From Escherichia coli (GTDB lineage Bacteria; Pseudomonadota; Gammaproteobacteria; Enterobacterales; Enterobacteriaceae), in the NCBI RefSeq assembly GCF_017348835.2, contig NZ_CP072315.1: a stretch of 64,000 nucleotides of DNA; one strand, written 5' to 3'. Positions within the stretch are counted from its first letter, which is position 1. Every line of letters starts with the position of its first letter. The notes beneath the pieces are model-generated. The model made no database searches and was not told the origin of the DNA. It saw nothing but the letters and a program-made list of their open reading frames with translations. The position numbers were made by a program, and so were the translations under genes. Below, piece after piece: positions 9,496 to 19,689 of the stretch.

Positions 9496-10440
9496 ATGAA
9501 ACTTTCCCGTCAGACGACTTCTGATACTTCTGTTGATGGCCGTTCACGCGCATATGCCTGGGGCCGTGTCCATTATTTCATTATCGAACATGCACCAATG
9601 GCTGAGCTGGTCGCTATTGACGAGCTGCTGGAAAAAGCTGGCTGGAGCAATGACGGCTGTCCGAACTATGAGAAAGATGACGAGTTTGGTAATGCTGGTT
9701 ACAGCTGTGGTTACTGGATCGATATTGACAGCGTGGGAAGCTTCAAGGCTGACTACAAACGTCTTAAGGGGGAGATTAGTGCGCATATCGCCTCAAAGGC
9801 GGCAGAGGTGGAGATCCGCGTACTGGACTCGATGTCCGACAAAGAATGTAAAGATGTTGCCTCGGTGGCATCTACTGTTCGCCGTGACTTACGTACGCAG
9901 TCCGAATCGCTTCATTCACTGCGTACAATCGTAACGGTTGATCATTACAATCCCTATGTGACCACCAGCCGCCCGCTGAGCATTTCCGCCTGGACACTTA
10001 TCCACGACTGTCTGAAAACAGGCACCATCAATGACGTCTGTTCACGGTTGAGTTCATTAATCCTGCACTCTGAAGCCGCGATTGCCCGTTGTAAGGGAAG
10101 CTCCGACTACTCTTCGGAACACGCTCAGCTATCGTTTTTTGCTGGTAACGACTATGTCACCAGACGCACCCTTGTTGATGCAGCTCACGAAGAGGCTCTG
10201 CGAATGAACCGCCGCTTTGATGAACGCATTGCAATGAACGCGGATTCTGATGCCAGAAGGCTCCAGTGCGAATTCAACCTTAGCAACCATGTCGTACAGC
10301 GTAGGACCGTTGAATCTGCTCATATCCAGGCACTCAATGAAGACGTCACCCGTTCACAGGCGGAACCACGCTGCCCTGGAAAGCTTCTTCTGAATATGAC
10401 CAGTCATGAGGAAGTGCGGGACTCACTGAGCGCCTGTTAG
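9496..10440 (+). CDS. hypothetical protein
   Basis: 314-aa ORF; TTGACA-like hexamer about 90 bp upstream. Confidence 0.45.
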   Translation: MKLSRQTTSDTSVDGRSRAYAWGRVHYFIIEHAPMAELVAIDELLEKAGWSNDGCPNYEKDDEFGNAGYSCGYWIDIDSVGSFKADYKRLKGEISAHIASKAAEVEIRVLDSMSDKECKDVASVASTVRRDLRTQSESLHSLRTIVTVDHYNPYVTTSRPLSISAWTLIHDCLKTGTINDVCSRLSSLILHSEAAIARCKGSSDYSSEHAQLSFFAGNDYVTRRTLVDAAHEEALRMNRRFDERIAMNADSDARRLQCEFNLSNHVVQRRTVESAHIQALNEDVTRSQAEPRCPGKLLLNMTSHEEVRDSLSAC

Positions 10441-10536
10441 TCCAGCGACACCCCCTGCGGCTCTACTACCGGGCCGCAGTCTGCTCCTGCCCAGATGGTG
10501 CCAGTGGTGTAATGAATTTGTTTAATAAGGCTAAGT

Positions 10537-11139
10537 ATGATGAATAAAGAACAACTAATCGACAAACTGGAACGCGTGGTATGTGGTCAGTACTCCTACG
10601 AAATGCAGGAGCTTGCGTATTCGGCCCTCTGCTGCATTAAAGGCACCCCGGACGACTGCGCTAAGTTCCCTGTTACGCGTCCGCTGCCTGACACCTTAGT
10701 GGACGTATGGGACGAAATCGGGCAATACCTTGGCACAGGCAAAGCCATTGAAACTCGCAGTTGCGGCGTTTCGCTTCTGCTTCATGGACACTGCTACGAT
10801 TCAAATCATGTGCTTTACTGGCGCAATGCTGGCGCACTTCCAGCAGCTTGCGATACGCCACTGGCTGGTGGGTCTCGCAAACTGTTCACCTGCTCAGCCT
10901 GTGGAGTGGACGGTCTGGATGAACCACCTGAAACCAGTTGCCACTGCTGCACAGAGGGGGCCCACTGGGTTGAGAGCAGGCTCTTCACCTCCGGGCAGGC
11001 AGACCCTGAAGAATTTAGACCCGTGGCGGTCGTGAAAGAGTGTGCAGGCTCAACGCCGGATGATCGGCTCATCTGGAGTGTGATTGAACAGCTCAACGGC
11101 GAACTGGCGGAAGGCGATAAACTATTTAAGCGACGCTGA
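10537..11139 (+). CDS. hypothetical Cys-rich protein
   Basis: 200-aa ORF. Confidence 0.45.
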   Translation: MMNKEQLIDKLERVVCGQYSYEMQELAYSALCCIKGTPDDCAKFPVTRPLPDTLVDVWDEIGQYLGTGKAIETRSCGVSLLLHGHCYDSNHVLYWRNAGALPAACDTPLAGGSRKLFTCSACGVDGLDEPPETSCHCCTEGAHWVESRLFTSGQADPEEFRPVAVVKECAGSTPDDRLIWSVIEQLNGELAEGDKLFKRR

Positions 11140-11192
11140 CAGATCACGGCAGCATTTATAACAGACGAACTCCAGAATAATTTAAAGCAACC

Positions 11193-11549
11193 ATGAACAT
11201 GAAAAAGCCCAAAGCTGCATTACAGAATGCCATGAAAGAAGATGTGCCAGCTGTGACACAGATTCAGATGCGATCTACGGTTTCCAGAAAGGTTCGCTAT
11301 GTAAAACAGGCAAATCGAGAGGGTCTGAAATTATCTGAGTGGATGTCGCGGCATCTCGACGCTGTCTGTGATACCGCAGATGAGATTCATAAAGGCAAAC
11401 GCTCAACTCCGGTTGCGCCTGGGAAGATTCCCCCAGAGGTATACCAGGTGATATACGATCAGTGCGGCGGGTTCGTGGAGTGTGATGCTAATGCCCAGGT
11501 TATCTGGGAAGCCTGCCGTAATGCCATTCTTAACGGAGACAAAGGGTAA
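11193..11549 (+). CDS. hypothetical protein
   Basis: 118-aa ORF. Confidence 0.4.
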   Translation: MNMKKPKAALQNAMKEDVPAVTQIQMRSTVSRKVRYVKQANREGLKLSEWMSRHLDAVCDTADEIHKGKRSTPVAPGKIPPEVYQVIYDQCGGFVECDANAQVIWEACRNAILNGDKG

Positions 11550-11579
11550 ACGGCAGGTATCGCCTGTCATTTTACCCTT

Positions 11580-11798
11580 GTGAGGACAATACTGATGAAC
11601 CATGAGAGCCGAACTGTATACCTGAACACGGCCATTGAGGCCCTGCTGAAAGCTGAGGCGGCTCTGAACGATCTGGCATTAGCCTATGAGCTTAAACCTG
11701 ATGAAAAGGCAAGCGCATGCCATCCCAGAACCGGCACACTTTCCACTGCGTCCCAGGTAAAAAAACTCCGCCGTGTCCTTGAGAAGCAGAAGGTATGA
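11580..11798 (+). CDS. hypothetical protein
   Basis: 72-aa ORF, same-strand cluster. Confidence 0.3.
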   Translation: MRTILMNHESRTVYLNTAIEALLKAEAALNDLALAYELKPDEKASACHPRTGTLSTASQVKKLRRVLEKQKV

Positions 11799-12110
11799 AG
11801 GGCTGCATCAGCCAGGCCCGGATATAAATACATGCTCTGCCAGGTGAGTACCACTGCCCGGTAGCCGAATGATAAGTTTTGATTTCACGGTTGCAATTTC
11901 TCCCTCTGGCATCACTGCTCCACGATGCACCCCGATCAGCTTAGCGTCTGAAAATGAAGATGCACCGGACCTGCATGAAGCGGAACGGTGCCCAGCTGAG
12001 TGTTTGTGGGCACAATGAACCGCAATTTCATGATGGGAATGAAAGATGGCTGGTGGCCCGCTGATATGAACGCTTACCCTGCATAACGTTACTAACCACA
12101 ATCTTTTCAC

Positions 12111-12149
12111 TAAAAGAAAAAAGGGTTCCTCCGCTTTAGAGGAACCCTT
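12111..12149 (-). terminator. rho-independent terminator of the hok transcript
   Basis: Inverted repeat aagggttcctc/gaggaaccctt followed by a T-run on the minus strand; separated from the hok stop by the IS186 insertion. Confidence 0.5.
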
Positions 12150-12205
12150 TCAAAAGGTGCCGATGGCATACTAATCCACACCCTGAAAAGAGGGGGGTTG
12201 CCCCC

Positions 12206-13543
12206 ATAAGCGCTAACTTAAGGGTTGAACCATCTGAAGAATGCGACGCCTCGGTGCCTCGTTAAGACGATGCCTCGCGTTCTTCAATTGCGTTTTGTAG
12301 GCTGTCAGGGATACTGTCCCACGAATGGCCACCTGTAAGCTCCAGATGACCATTTTTGTTATTCTCCACAACGAGTTAGTTCTTCTTTTCGGATCCGGCA
12401 CTTCTGGGGGGGAAATCCAGCGATGGCTGGATTATGTCGTCAATTAAAAATGCGGCGAGTAGATTAGCAAATATCCACGCTTTCGCGAGTTCAGGTTCCT
12501 TTGCACGCAAAGCATCCAGGTGCAGCAAACTTTTGAGCCGCTTAAAAGCCAGTTCAATTTGCCATCGCAGACGGTAACAATCAGCCACTTGCTCTGCTGA
12601 ATATTCATCTTCCGGTAATGATGTTAGCAATAGCACATGGCCCGCTGCTTCCAGCGTTTCCGCCTGAACTACTCGTCCTTTTCGACGATTCTCGCTGAGC
12701 AGTCGGGTTTTACTGATTAATGCTTTTTCGGGAGGAAGTGATACGGCAATGAGACGTGCCGGAAAGGGAGCTCCGGCTTTTTTATTACCTGAATTGCCTA
12801 TCATTACAGTGGTTTCACCGTTCTTACCGCAATCCAGCCCGCGCAGAAAACCCATCATGTCAAAGCGCATTCCTTCTGCAGTTAACCAGCGCAATCCTCG
12901 CCAGTGAACCCGGACGATATAATCAGCTTCTCCAAAAGCAAGTGAGCGGATACATTCGGGACGCGAACCGAATCCCCGGTCAGCAATGCGTATCTCGTCT
13001 GCCGTTTGCGCAAATCGGTCCAGCCGTTCAGCGTCTCTGCTGTCGGTTAGCTCAAAATCAGTGAACTGACAGGTATGAGGATCATATCCCATATGTAGTC
13101 GCCATTCAGCGCTGCCGCCCCCGGGCGCACTGATTGCTGTTCCATCGACAAGACGCAATCTCTTTCCGCTTGTACAACCCGTAACTGCGGCGCGTACAGC
13201 AAGTGTTTGTGCGGCAAGTATGCCAAACCAGTCGGCGGCATTCCGCAGCCGCTTCAGGAGAGCCACGTCAGATAATGTTGCAACGTCATGGAGCTGAGCC
13301 CATGCAGTGACTTCACGTAATGACATCCCCCCGGGGCCGTAAGCCAGCCCCAGACGTAGCAGAGTTGCAGCATCACGAATTTCGCGGCGGCGGGTTAGAG
13401 CCCCGGCATTACGTGCCGAAGTATCCAGTTCTTCGGGCTTACCAATATGGGCCAGAATTGCTGACCAGTTATCGTGAGAGTAATTCATCGGCACGTTAAA
13501 TCATATCAGGCGTAATACCACAACCCTTAAGTTAGCGCTTATG
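12206..13543 (-). mobile_element. IS186 (IS4 family), complete copy
   Basis: 1338-bp element with terminal inverted repeats cataagcgctaacttaagggttg / caacccttaagttagcgcttatg, flanked by a duplicated GC-rich target (gggggttgccccc). Confidence 0.9.
12376..13494 (-). CDS. insL: IS186 transposase
   Basis: 372-aa IS4-family DDE transposase with the YRLRWQIELAFKRLKS signature; matches my recollection of E. coli InsL. Confidence 0.9.
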   Translation of the reverse strand: MPMNYSHDNWSAILAHIGKPEELDTSARNAGALTRRREIRDAATLLRLGLAYGPGGMSLREVTAWAQLHDVATLSDVALLKRLRNAADWFGILAAQTLAVRAAVTGCTSGKRLRLVDGTAISAPGGGSAEWRLHMGYDPHTCQFTDFELTDSRDAERLDRFAQTADEIRIADRGFGSRPECIRSLAFGEADYIVRVHWRGLRWLTAEGMRFDMMGFLRGLDCGKNGETTVMIGNSGNKKAGAPFPARLIAVSLPPEKALISKTRLLSENRRKGRVVQAETLEAAGHVLLLTSLPEDEYSAEQVADCYRLRWQIELAFKRLKSLLHLDALRAKEPELAKAWIFANLLAAFLIDDIIQPSLDFPPRSAGSEKKN

Positions 13544-13566
13544 GGGGTTGCCCCCCTCTTTGTCAG

Positions 13567-13725
13567 CTACTTACCGGATTCGTAGGCCAGGATAGCAAAT
13601 ACCTCCCTTGTTCCGTCTTTCATCCGCAACTCGCAAAGCGAGTTTCGTGTGAGCCAGGTGAATATCAACAGCGTTAAACAAACTATTAATATGCACAAAA
13701 CAATGGGTTGGTTCGGCATTTTCAT
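13567..13725 (-). CDS. hok: Hok/Gef-family type I toxin
   Basis: 52-aa product [52 protein letters not shown] closely resembles Hok; the ORF track shows an in-frame 5' extension to 13782. Confidence 0.8.
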   Translation of the reverse strand: MKMPNQPIVLCILIVCLTLLIFTWLTRNSLCELRMKDGTREVFAILAYESGK

Positions 13726-13823
13726 GGCCTTCTTCTCCTTGCATTTAAGCAGGCAAGAGGCTACGCTGTGTGTGACTAGCATACAGGGGCCTCGGGTTGT
13801 ACTGACCCCAGAAAGTTGGACAG

Positions 13824-14675
13824 TTAAACACGAGGCATATAGGTCTGATTCCGATATTCAATTGGAGTCAGACCTTTTAATTTCAGGCTAATTCTTCTGC
13901 TGTTGTAGTATTCAATATATTCCGTAACAGCATCCTTCAGCTCGCTTATATTACTGAACTCATCAAGATAAAAACACTCCGACTTTAAGGTTCCAAAGAA
14001 ACACTCCACCACAGCATTATCCAGACAATTGCCTTTTCTGGACATGCTTTGTTTAATACCATGTTCTTTAAGGATATTTTGATATCTTCTCATACGATAC
14101 TGCCATCCCTGGTCAGAGTGCAGAACAGGATGCTCGTGAGGATTAAGCTTTTTGAATGCCTGATCGAGCATATTCTCGACCATGTTCATCACTGGTCTTT
14201 CCGAAAGGCTGTAAGAAATAACTTCGTTGTTGAAGAGATCTATTACTGGAGACAAATACAGCTTGCGCCCATTGACTGCAAATTCAGTAACATCGGTAAC
14301 CCACTTCTCGTTTGGCCGCGTAGCCTTGAAATCTCTTTGGAGAACATTGGGGGCGGTTTGCCCTACCTCTCCTCTGTAAGAGCGGTATCGCTTGACCTTA
14401 ATCGCTGCCTTCAGTGAGAGGATTCCCATCAGGCGCTGAACAGCTTTATGGTTAATCTGTTTCCCTTCTCGATGAAGAGACAGCGTTACCCTACGGTATC
14501 CGTATCGGCCTCTATTCTCATGATAAATCTCACCAATACGCTTTTTAACGTCCGCATACTTGTCAGGCTTGCTGAGAGCCTTTAGATGGTAATAAAACGT
14601 ACTGCGCGGTATCTCCGCAGCCCTGAGAAGCTCATCAAGAGGATAAAACTGCCTTAGCTCGTTGAGTACTTTCAC
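13824..14675 (-). CDS. insK: IS150 OrfB (DDE integrase part; made as OrfAB by -1 frameshift)
   Basis: 283-aa IS3-family integrase-like ORF overlapping OrfA at the A AAA AAG slippery site. Confidence 0.9.
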   Translation of the reverse strand: MKVLNELRQFYPLDELLRAAEIPRSTFYYHLKALSKPDKYADVKKRIGEIYHENRGRYGYRRVTLSLHREGKQINHKAVQRLMGILSLKAAIKVKRYRSYRGEVGQTAPNVLQRDFKATRPNEKWVTDVTEFAVNGRKLYLSPVIDLFNNEVISYSLSERPVMNMVENMLDQAFKKLNPHEHPVLHSDQGWQYRMRRYQNILKEHGIKQSMSRKGNCLDNAVVECFFGTLKSECFYLDEFSNISELKDAVTEYIEYYNSRRISLKLKGLTPIEYRNQTYMPRV

Positions 14676-15193
14676 TTTTTCGTGGGATGAGCTAAGGCTT
14701 TCAGCTTTTTTAGATACACAAGCCGCGTTTCAAGAAATCGAACTTGCCTTTCAAGATCCTCAATGCGTCGGTCTTTTGACAGCTCCAATGCTGATGCCGC
14801 TTTTTCTGGATCAACTGATATTGCAATGTTTCTTTTGGTGCCAATCTTGAGCGCGCGTAAACCAGCTTCTCCGCGCTCTTCATAAACCTTCAGCCACCTG
14901 GCTACAGAACCACTACCAGCAAGCATAAAGTGAGCAGCAGCCTGATTAAGGGACATGTGCTGCTCGATCACCGCTTTCACGACCTTAATACGCAACTCAG
15001 GATCAGCACTAACACCTTTAGGTTTGGGAATTAAACCTTTTTCTCCATGTTTTTCATAGAGGGCAACCCATGTCCTGACCTGGGTTCGGGGGACACCAAA
15101 ACGTGCCGAGATGATCCTGTAACCATCATCAGTAGTGAAGTAGTGATTCACGACTTCAAGGCGCTTTTCAAAAGGGTATTTTGGCTTTGACAT
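14672..15193 (-). CDS. insJ: IS150 OrfA (HTH transposase subunit)
   Basis: 173-aa HTH/leucine-zipper ORF typical of IS3-family OrfA. Confidence 0.9.
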   Translation of the reverse strand: MSKPKYPFEKRLEVVNHYFTTDDGYRIISARFGVPRTQVRTWVALYEKHGEKGLIPKPKGVSADPELRIKVVKAVIEQHMSLNQAAAHFMLAGSGSVARWLKVYEERGEAGLRALKIGTKRNIAISVDPEKAASALELSKDRRIEDLERQVRFLETRLVYLKKLKALAHPTKK

Positions 15194-15525
15194 ATCAGGG
15201 GCTATTCCATTTCATCGTCCAACAAAATGGGTGCAGTACAGGTTAATTGAAAAATTACTCGGGGCTTTCTGCTTTTACCACAGTCAAACAGTGTTACCGC
15301 TGGCTGGGGCAAAAGCCTCCAGCACCAGCGTCATTATATCACTCTGCCCTGATCAGCCAAACACCCTGCCTGCATAAATCATTGATTTATAATTTATTTG
15401 ACATGAGTCACTTCCGGTTGTCGGAGACAGTCTTTTTACACTAAAGAAAAGGGTAACGGGCAGCTGCTTGGTCGGAACATACAGTGCAGTTCCTGCCCGT
15501 TTAATTTCCGGATGCAATGGTAGGA

Positions 15526-16131
15526 TCAGGAGGCACTGGTTCCGTTGATTAGGGAAAGCTTATGTGCCTGAATACGGCTGTATTCGAGATGGGATGGAAT
15601 ATTACAGATGCGCTCCAGTCGATCATGCAGCCTCGTGTAGGTCAGTCGATGAATACCGGACATTTCATCAAGTAGCCAGCGCTTGATGTAAGGGTTACAG
15701 GAAAGCCGGGCAAGATCGTCGTCATCCACTTCGTCAAAGAACCAGTACTGCTCCATCGGGACTACCTGAAATATCCACGGCCGGGGATAGTCCCCTGTGA
15801 CAACCAAAAACCATGCGAGAAAGCATAGACACAGCTCAACGATCATCAGCATCGAAAATTGCGAATAACTTAGACCAGGCACATAGGGTGAACTATCCGC
15901 AACATACCCCCTGAACAATTCCGCCACAAGGTAGCCCAATAGCGACAAGGCCAGCATCAGGGTCAGGATTAATCCCCCATTAAACGCTACCGAAGCCTTT
16001 TGAACCCGATCAGGTGCTGTCCGGCTGCGATAGTTGGTCACTACTCTTTCTACAAGTGCCCTTATGGCAGCCTGTTCTTTACTGACATCAGCTCCGGAAA
16101 AACCGGACGGGCTTTTATTTAATTCAGTCAT
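15526..16131 (-). CDS. membrane protein, unknown function
   Basis: 201-aa ORF with two long hydrophobic segments. Confidence 0.45.
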   Translation of the reverse strand: MTELNKSPSGFSGADVSKEQAAIRALVERVVTNYRSRTAPDRVQKASVAFNGGLILTLMLALSLLGYLVAELFRGYVADSSPYVPGLSYSQFSMLMIVELCLCFLAWFLVVTGDYPRPWIFQVVPMEQYWFFDEVDDDDLARLSCNPYIKRWLLDEMSGIHRLTYTRLHDRLERICNIPSHLEYSRIQAHKLSLINGTSAS

Positions 16132-16346
16132 ACCCCACTCCTGTTATGTGCTCTACTGAACAAACACGTAGATCATACAGAGCTCACGGACGCACTCCTG
16201 CCAGATAAAGGAGGGAATTTGGCTGTAAGACGGTTAGCCAACAGTTCAGGTTATGCGTGGGATCCGGCCAGTCAGAAAGGATTCCGTTATTAACAGGCAA
16301 GGTTAAAGGCAGATGGACGTTGAAATTGTGGATGCTAAAAGGGGTA

Positions 16347-16628
16347 TTACTCTTTTTCCTGCATAGCGGCTTTTTCAGCCCGGGTGGCCAGGCGAGCATT
16401 TCCGAAAGGTTCACGGACAAGCAGGGGCTTCTCCTTCTTCCAGCCCCTGATAGCCGTTTCTCCAAAACGACGTGGTGCATTGCCGTTCCAGCGAGCAATC
16501 ACATGATTATCATGAATTTCTATAATGACAACGGGGTGGACAATGACCGTTGTAATGGTGGTATTTCCCATTTTGGTACGGGTTACAGACCAAACCTGCA
16601 TCCCGGATTCCAGCTGGCTGATTTTCAT
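16347..16628 (-). CDS. hypothetical protein
   Basis: 93-aa ORF. Confidence 0.3.
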   Translation of the reverse strand: MKISQLESGMQVWSVTRTKMGNTTITTVIVHPVVIIEIHDNHVIARWNGNAPRRFGETAIRGWKKEKPLLVREPFGNARLATRAEKAAMQEKE

Positions 16629-17002
16629 ATTATATCCTTAAGCCAACACGAACTGCGCCACAAAAATTAATGTGGCGCAATTTACCATAAACAATAAACA
16701 TCAGATACCCGTGAAGAGATTTCCCTTTATTTTAAAATTCTTCTGGAGAAAAAATGATATTTCCAGAAGAAGTCAGCGAAATTCAGAAACGGCCATCACA
16801 ATGGTGCTGCGCTGACGCTGGCGTTCTGCCTTGCGCTGCCTGCGGCGATAGATCTATTTTGCGCTGACGTAAGGGCAGTCCTCACGGGTATACCAGCAGC
16901 AGCCGCAAGGTTCGGGCCGGGGTTTTCCGGCAAGTCCAAATGGTTTCATCAAGTCACCTTTTTAATATTTTTAATGGCAAGATACTTCCCTAACACATTG
17001 TT

Positions 17003-17314
17003 TTATCGCATATAACGCTGTTGCATAAACAGATACAGATAACCCTCAGGAGAAAACATGCAAAGGTTATCAGTGATAACCGCATCCAGATACCGAGTGT
17101 CAGTCTGTAAACGTTTTATCACCAGAAAATGTGCTGCCGCAGCCTTAATGCCAGAACTACCGTTTACAACATTATGTATACCCGCTTCGAATAACGAACG
17201 AGCATGAATTACCTTTTCCCGGGCCGCTTCGATCTCCGCATTAATAACGCATTGCCGCGCCTGGATGACTGCCTCTCCGGTTAAATCGCGGAAATTCATT
17301 AGAGATGTGATCAT
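17003..17314 (-). CDS. hypothetical protein
   Basis: 103-aa ORF preceded by the conserved promoter-proximal element and a TATAAT hexamer. Confidence 0.45.
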   Translation of the reverse strand: MITSLMNFRDLTGEAVIQARQCVINAEIEAAREKVIHARSLFEAGIHNVVNGSSGIKAAAAHFLVIKRLQTDTRYLDAVITDNLCMFSPEGYLYLFMQQRYMR

Positions 17315-17364
17315 GATTAACTCTCCAGATTATGTGGAATCATTATAACAACTGGCATCCCGCC

Positions 17365-17379
17365 ACAAATAACCTGAGA
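17365..17379 (-). promoter_or_regulatory. conserved promoter-proximal element, variant (cacaaataacctgag)
   Basis: On the coding strand the element is followed after about 19 nt by TATAAT, then the start at 17314. Confidence 0.45.
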
Positions 17380-17534
17380 AAAATTCTTTGAAATATTCCT
17401 ATATAAGGAATTACAGTCGGAAAAGAAACGATGAAATAGCGCCGACCGCTTAAAATCGATAAATTAAAATGGACGGCACTGGAATGAAAAACTGAAAGTA
17501 GTAAGACCGTAATTATCCTTCACGGATGTAAGCT

Positions 17535-17735
17535 TTATAAGAGGAGTACTGGCAAAGCTTTGCCAAGTACTTCGGCGGTTGTGTCTACGATTTTACGGAT
17601 GTCATCGATCTGCGAAGGCTTATTCAACACCACCGTAAAAAGCTCTCCTTCGTTATCAGCCTGCTCGCAGTTTCCGTATCGGCTCCCGTCGTACAGCTGC
17701 ACAATACGTGACATAGAAGACTTTGTTTGTTTCAT
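17535..17735 (-). CDS. hypothetical small protein
   Basis: 66-aa ORF. Confidence 0.35.
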   Translation of the reverse strand: MKQTKSSMSRIVQLYDGSRYGNCEQADNEGELFTVVLNKPSQIDDIRKIVDTTAEVLGKALPVLLL

Positions 17736-17774
17736 GGCTTTGCACCTGCTTTTAGGCAGTTTGGTTACTGGTTA

Positions 17775-17999
17775 TCAGAAGCTGGTTTCATGCGCTTCCG
17801 GCTGGGACACGAACTGGTATTTGACGCCGCCAGGCACACCTACTGCTTCGGCAATAGAGTCGCAAAGCCGCGATAAATCATTTAGTGTCATCGGATATTC
17901 AATATCTACAGAATATAAAGCACCTGCATTTTCAGCATCTTCGATGTTTTTATACTGGGCACTAAATATAGCAATGGTCTGAATTTCGTGGTTATGCAT
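17775..17999 (-). CDS. small protein, paralog of 22964..23203
   Basis: Shares the block PMTLNDLSxLCxSxAxAVGxPGGxKY with the 79-aa ORF at 22964..23203. Confidence 0.5.
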   Translation of the reverse strand: MHNHEIQTIAIFSAQYKNIEDAENAGALYSVDIEYPMTLNDLSRLCDSIAEAVGVPGGVKYQFVSQPEAHETSF

Positions 18000-18053
18000 G
18001 AACCGGTCCTTATTAAATTATAAAAGCCACCCGAGAGTGGCCTGAGTTGAAAC

Positions 18054-18257
18054 TTAAATCTGTGAAGTATTTTTGAGAGATTTTTTGCGATCCAGATGCC
18101 GGGCAACAATGGTTCCGATAACAAGTAGCATGATGACCGCACTGAAGAAGGTGCTGTCAGGGACGCCCTGGAAAAAATCACTGAAACTGTAAACAATAAA
18201 AATCAATGCGCAAAAATAGAAAACGATACGAACATAAGGGGTAAAAAACATTTTCAT
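18054..18257 (-). CDS. small membrane protein
   Basis: 67-aa hydrophobic ORF; palindromic motif about 140 bp upstream. Confidence 0.4.
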   Translation of the reverse strand: MKMFFTPYVRIVFYFCALIFIVYSFSDFFQGVPDSTFFSAVIMLLVIGTIVARHLDRKKSLKNTSQI

Positions 18258-18397
18258 CGGTTGCCTTCCATTCAGGGAGAATTCTCAGTAATTACATCAC
18301 ACCTGAAGAGAAACTATTTTCGTATAAATGAGCATTTTCGACATATCAGAGGGGGGGTTTACTCATAAATGAGGTAGTAAGGGTCACACTTGAGGTG

Positions 18398-18408
18398 AAA
18401 GTTACTTT
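18398..18408. promoter_or_regulatory. AAAGTWACTTT palindromic motif copy
   Basis: aaagttacttt; upstream of the leftward gene starting at 18257. Confidence 0.5.
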
Positions 18409-18436
18409 CCTGGCTGCGAACGAACTATCTCAAATG

Positions 18437-18730
18437 TTAGAGGTGTGCGTTCGCCTTGAGAGCCTCATGCCCTGAGGAGCTCAACTTGAGCCGATAGTAT
18501 AAACCTGGCTCCAGATGGCTTGCTGGCTGGCATAACTCCACGAGGCCGAGCCGGAACAGGACCGGAGAGCTCCTGCACGTCACATCATCAGGATTCCCCA
18601 TAAACGTACGCCGTTCTCTGGCCCGTCTGAAATTGCCAGAGATATCATAGACCGTGCCGGATGCCATCCGTCGTAACACGTAAATCTGTGCCATTGTAAG
18701 CTTCTGGGCGGAACTGCTTAAACCTGACAT
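18437..18730 (-). CDS. hypothetical protein
   Basis: 97-aa ORF. Confidence 0.4.
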   Translation of the reverse strand: MSGLSSSAQKLTMAQIYVLRRMASGTVYDISGNFRRARERRTFMGNPDDVTCRSSPVLFRLGLVELCQPASHLEPGLYYRLKLSSSGHEALKANAHL

Positions 18731-18809
18731 ACCTTCCCCTCCTTATATAAAACAATCCGCCAGCAGCTCGACTGGCGGACAATGTTTGACTGGCAACAGC
18801 AAGGACATA

Positions 18810-19301
18810 CTATTTAGTGACAAGTTTGATCTTGGTTTCACTCATTCGAAGTCGAAACTCCTGAAAACCCTGCTCTACCGCTAACTCCAGCCACTCAACG
18901 GGAATGGTATAGCTACAATCAGACCCACCCAAAGCGGCATCACAAGCGTAATCCCAGTCCTCATCCAGTTTTGGATTCATCCCCTGGGCGTAAGCCACAG
19001 TATCGCGGGATGCGGGAGAGCCCTCAAGCTCAGCATTAGTGATCAGGTATACACCATGACTGTGCGCGAGAAGCACTTTTGGCACCAGATGTGTGCTGGC
19101 AATTTTTGAGGATGAGGGAAAGAAAACCCTACCAGCTTTACGCGCCTCTTCTTCAGTCTGTCCCTCAGCGTTAAGGAGGGCTCCCCCCGGATAGCATGCC
19201 GGGTCATAGATCTGATCTGCGGTGACCGAAAACGTTTTTGCGGTGCGAATTTCTTCGATCAGTTTATTAATATCCGCCATTTCAAATACGAGAGTGGTCA
19301 C
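18810..19301 (-). CDS. hypothetical protein
   Basis: 163-aa ORF immediately downstream of the 19306..19653 gene. Confidence 0.5.
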   Translation of the reverse strand: MTTLVFEMADINKLIEEIRTAKTFSVTADQIYDPACYPGGALLNAEGQTEEEARKAGRVFFPSSSKIASTHLVPKVLLAHSHGVYLITNAELEGSPASRDTVAYAQGMNPKLDEDWDYACDAALGGSDCSYTIPVEWLELAVEQGFQEFRLRMSETKIKLVTK

Positions 19302-19305
19302 AGGC

Positions 19306-19653
19306 TTACTCTCCCTCTTCAGTGGACAACATCAGATACTTTGTTGCCAGCAGAAGCTCTCCCACATCCTTGAGGGACAATTCAGCTTTGCCTTCTACGG
19401 CAAGCTGCAAGCGCTGTCGAATTGCATGAACAGAATCTGAAGATAAAGATGCCATTTTGCGCAAAACGGCATTAGCCTTTTCTACAGCAGGATACAGAAT
19501 TTCTGAGTTGGTATTATCTTCGTCATTATCAAAGATAATTTCAGAATCCATATTGATGTTATCTTCAAGCCAGCTTGAAAGCACTTCAAGTAATGACATC
19601 ACCTTTTCAATTTGCATATCGCCTCCTCTGTTAATGTGAAACAAATATAACAA
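19306..19653 (-). CDS. acidic hypothetical protein
   Basis: 115-aa ORF (alternative start at MQIEKV); conserved promoter-proximal element plus hairpin just upstream. Confidence 0.45.
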   Translation of the reverse strand: MLYLFHINRGGDMQIEKVMSLLEVLSSWLEDNINMDSEIIFDNDEDNTNSEILYPAVEKANAVLRKMASLSSDSVHAIRQRLQLAVEGKAELSLKDVGELLLATKYLMLSTEEGE

Positions 19654-19674
19654 AGTGGCTTACCCGGCTAATAA

Positions 19675-19689
19675 CCTGAGCAGAAAGTT
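19675..19689 (-). promoter_or_regulatory. conserved promoter-proximal element (ggctaataacctgag)
   Basis: About 22 bp upstream of the start at 19653; adjacent to an inverted repeat. Confidence 0.45.

Larger units (their letters stand above)
13798..15240 (-). mobile_element. IS150 (IS3 family), complete copy
   Basis: 1443-bp element; ends tgtactgacccc and ggtgcagtaca (inverted); 3-bp direct repeat GGT at 13795-13797 and 15241-15243. Confidence 0.9.

Noticed and set aside
11808-12110. 100-aa minus-strand ORF next to IS186
   Set aside because: It lies in what was the region downstream of the hok terminator and has no motif, RBS or promoter element; it may be real but cannot be supported.
12756-13241. 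ORFs inside IS186 other than the transposase (12756..13064 plus, 13047..13241 minus)
   Set aside because: Overlap the transposase gene; IS186 is known to encode a single transposase.
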